Source: Macrostomum lignano (lineage: Eukaryota). Taken from it: a stretch of DNA of 64,000 bases. The notes under the pieces were generated by a model, which was not told the origin of the DNA, searched no databases, and was given only the letters and a program-made list of their open reading frames with translations. The translations under genes and the position numbers were made by a program. This document shows positions 60,959-64,000 of the stretch, in pieces. The stretch covers positions 496,001 through 560,000 of the forward strand of contig NIVC01000180.1 in NCBI GenBank assembly GCA_002269645.1. Direction: 5' to 3'. The stretch's first letter is position 1. Each line of letters starts with the position of its first letter.

Positions 60959-62940
60959 TAGATCACATAGAACTCTACGTAGCTATTATTCTCAGATCAC
61001 ATAGAACTCTACGTAGCTATTATTCTCAGATCACATAGAACTCTACGTAGCTATTATTCTCAGATCAAACAGAACTCAATCTCAGATCCAACAGATCTCA
61101 AGCTCAGATCCAACAGATCTCAAGCTCAGATCCAACAGATCTCAGTCTCAGATCCAACGGATCTCAGTCTCAGATCCAACAGATCTCAGTCTCAGATCCA
61201 ACAGATCTCAATCTCAGATCCAACAGATCTCAATCTCACACCCAACAGATCTCAGTCTCAGATCCAACAGATCTCAGTCTCAGATCCAACAGATCTCAGT
61301 CTCAGATCCAACAGATCTCAGTCTCAGATCCAACAAATCTCAATCTCAGACCCAACAGATCCAATCTCAGATCCAACAGATCTCAGTCTCAGATCTAACA
61401 GATCCAACAGATCTCAGTCTCAGATCCAACAGATCCAAAAAATCTCAATCTCAGACCCAACAGATCCAACAAATCTCAATCTCAGACCCAACAGATCCAA
61501 CAGATCTCAGTCTCAGATCTAACAGATCCAACAGATCTCAGTCTCAGATCTAACAGATCCAACAGATCTCAGTCTCAGATCTAACAGATCCAACAGATCT
61601 CAGTCTCAGATCTAACAGATCCAACAGATCTCAGTCTCAGATCTAACAGATCCAACAGATCTCAGTCTCAGATCGAACAGATCTCAATCTCAGATCCAAC
61701 AGATCCAACAGATCTCAGTCTCAGATCTAACAGATCCAACAGATCTCAGTCTCAGATCGAACAGATCTCAATCTCAGATCCAACAGATCTCAATCTCAGA
61801 TCCAACAGATCTCAGTCTCAGATCGAACAGATATTGTGATGACCACAGTTACTTAAATTTATTGTCATTTTGGGTTAATTCGTCGTTCGCGTGCACGCAA
61901 CCTTTGGCTTTGCTCACCAGGCTGAAGACTTATCGCTTTGTGCATAGCACGTTGTTAGTGATTAAACGCCCCCCGCTAATCTGTGTGCATTGCACGTTGC
62001 TGACAATCAAATATATAAACACTGAGTAAAGAATGATAATTTAAAAAAGCGACTGTTCTGCAAACAAAAGCTGAGTTTTTACAGATCTCAGTTTCAGATC
62101 CAATAGATCTCAATCTCACACCCAACAGATCTCAATCTCACACCCAACAGATCTCAATCTCACACCCAAAAGATCTGTCTCACACCCAACAGATCTCAAT
62201 CTCACACCCAACAGATCTCAGTCTCAGATCCAACAGATCTGTCTCACACCCAACAGATCTCAATCTCACACCCAACAGATCTCAATCTCACACCCAACAG
62301 ATCTCAATCTCACACCCAAAAGATCTGTCTCACACCCAACAGATCTCAATCTCACACCCAACAGATCTCAGTCTCAGATCCAACAGATCTGTCTCACACC
62401 CAACAGATCTCAATCTCACACCCAACAGATCTCAATCTCACACCCAACAGATCTCAATCTCACACCCAACAGATCTGTCTCACACCCAACAGATCTCAAT
62501 CTCACACCCAACAGATCTCAGTCTCAGATCCAACAGATCTCAATCTCACACCCAACGGATCTCAGTCTCAGATCCAATAGATCTCAATCTCACACCCAAC
62601 AGATCTCAATCTCACACCCAACGGATCTCAGTCTCAGACCCAACAGATCTCAGTCTCACACCCAACAGATCTCAATCTCACACCCAACAGACCTCAGTCT
62701 CACACCCAACAGACCTCAGTCTCAGATTCAACAGATCTCAATCTCACACCCAACAGACCTCAGTCTCAGATTCAACAGATCTCAATCTCACACCCAACGG
62801 ATCTCAGTCTCAGATCCAACAGATCTCAATGTCACACCTAACAGATCTCAGTCTCAGATCCAACAGATCTCAATCTCACACCCAACGGATCTCAGTCTCA
62901 GATCCAACAGATCTCAATCTCACACCCAACAGATCCAGAT
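60959..62940. repeat. 34-bp short array followed by a compound ~22-bp array CAGATCCAACAGATCTCAGTCT
   Basis: Runs up to the DEGS first exon; interrupted at 61835-62083. Confidence 0.93.
61835..62083 (+). mobile_element. Probable solo LTR (249 bp) inserted in a 22-bp array
   Basis: Unique block with TGTGA...TTACA termini, flanked by a 5-bp GATAT/GATCT near-duplication of the array unit. Internal TATATAAA and a downstream AGTAAA. Confidence 0.6.
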
Positions 62941-62975
62941 TCTCTCGCCACCCTTCACAGCAGCCGGCAGTTGCC

Positions 62976-63306
62976 ATGAACAGCCCAGCCGAAAATCTCC
63001 GGTGGTCGTTTTTCAACGCGCTGAAGCTGAGCATGAAGCTCGAGCTGGACGCCGACACGTGGGAGTACAACGAGGAACCTCATGTGACCAGGCGGCGGGA
63101 GATCCTGGCAAAGTATCCCCAGATTAAGAAGCTGATGGGCTACGATCCCAGAATTGCTCTGGTGGTCAGCGCAGAGGTTCTCATCCAGCTGCTGATCTGT
63201 CAGGTGATCTCGCAGGCCAACCCGTCCTGGGGCTGGTTGGTGCTGCTGGCGTACGTGGTTGGAGCCACTCTGAACCACAGCCTGGCCTCCGCCATTCACG
63301 AAATCG
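62976..63306 (+). CDS. DEGS1: Sphingolipid delta(4)-desaturase/C4-hydroxylase (DEGS family), first coding exon
   Basis: WEYNEEPHVTRRREILAKYPQIKKLMG (Lipid_DES N-terminus) and LNHSLASAIHEI (start of first His box), ending at donor G|gtaggt. The next exon is not in the window. DEGS1 versus DEGS2 cannot be resolved. Confidence 0.88.
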
Positions 63307-63628
63307 GTAGGTGGATTGCTGGGTAGGTTGGTGAGTAGATTGTTGGGTAGGTTGGTGGGTAGATTGTTGGGTAGGTTGGTGAGTAGATTGTTGGGTAGGT
63401 TGGTGGGTAGATTGTTGGGTAGGTTGGTGGGTAGATTGTTGGGTAGGTTGGTGGGTAGATTGTTGGGTAGGTTGGTGGGTAGATTGTTGGGTAGGTTGGT
63501 GGGTAGATTGTTGGGTAGGTTGGTGGGTAGATATCTGGTGGGTTAGCGGGTAGATTGCTGGGTAGGTTGGTGGGTAGATTTCTGGTGGGTTAGCGGGTAG
63601 ATTGCTGGGTAGGTTGGTGGGTAGATCG
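63307..63628. repeat. 24-bp minisatellite GGGTAGGTTGGTGGGTAGATTGTT starting at the DEGS donor
   Basis: About 13 units; a (GA)n tract follows at 63762-63841. Confidence 0.94.
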
Positions 63629-63759
63629 CCGGGTGGCGCGAGGTACGTTCGCGAGTGGAATGACAGTGAGCAACCTTTTTGGAGAGAATTTCCAAAGTAT
63701 TAGTAATGTATTAATGGATTTACTAGCGAGTAGATTAGCGAGTAGCTCGGTGGGCAGAT

Positions 63760-63842
<83 letters not shown>

Positions 63843-64000
63843 AGAGTGTCTGTGGCAATGCGCACTAACTTACTGACATGCTGTTTATACAAGAACTTAT
63901 TATGAAAATGCATCGATGGAGGGTAGTGAGCAGAGCGAGCTCAGCGCTCTCACGGCCCCGAGCACGTGACTAAGAGCTGCGAGCACTGAGTCCTCGACTA

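Noticed and set aside
62829-62975. Extended DEGS N-terminus from the ORF track
   Set aside because: The upstream ATG lies within the array; 62976 or 63033 is more plausible.

Overview
Eukaryotic (metazoan) genomic DNA with GC-rich spliced exons, AT-rich spacers, and introns that are often filled by a private 15-47 bp minisatellite or a GACA/ATCC/GA microsatellite. This style suggests a flatworm such as Macrostomum lignano (inference only). Most long entries in the supplied ORF track are translated repeats. By joining exons at GT-AG sites with matching phase I built ten gene models. Minus strand: DSTYK (5' part, runs off the left edge), a TM-SMP-C2 protein of the C2CD2/TMEM24 type, a small TPR-like protein and WTAP/fl(2)d. 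Plus strand: a CUB/PAN protein, a C-type lectin-PAN protein, an intronless type II glycosyltransferase-like gene, a ZIFL-type MFS transporter, a Rho-family GTPase and exon 1 of a sphingolipid delta-4 desaturase. Mobile DNA includes a 5.3 kb CACTA/EnSpm-like element in a WTAP intron (carrying a decayed BEN-domain gene and nested Helitron-like, hAT-MITE and Gypsy relics), a MULE-like MITE, a dead non-LTR retrotransposon and a probable solo LTR. Main hunting results: (1) intron arrays are often seeded on, and multiply, splice-site sequence; (2) a DSTYK intron is fully in frame and stop-free; (3) localized CpG loss in 5' gene bodies, with an internal control from one minisatellite split by the transposon; (4) a possibly horizontally acquired glycosyltransferase. 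All coordinates were counted by hand, and no database searches were run.
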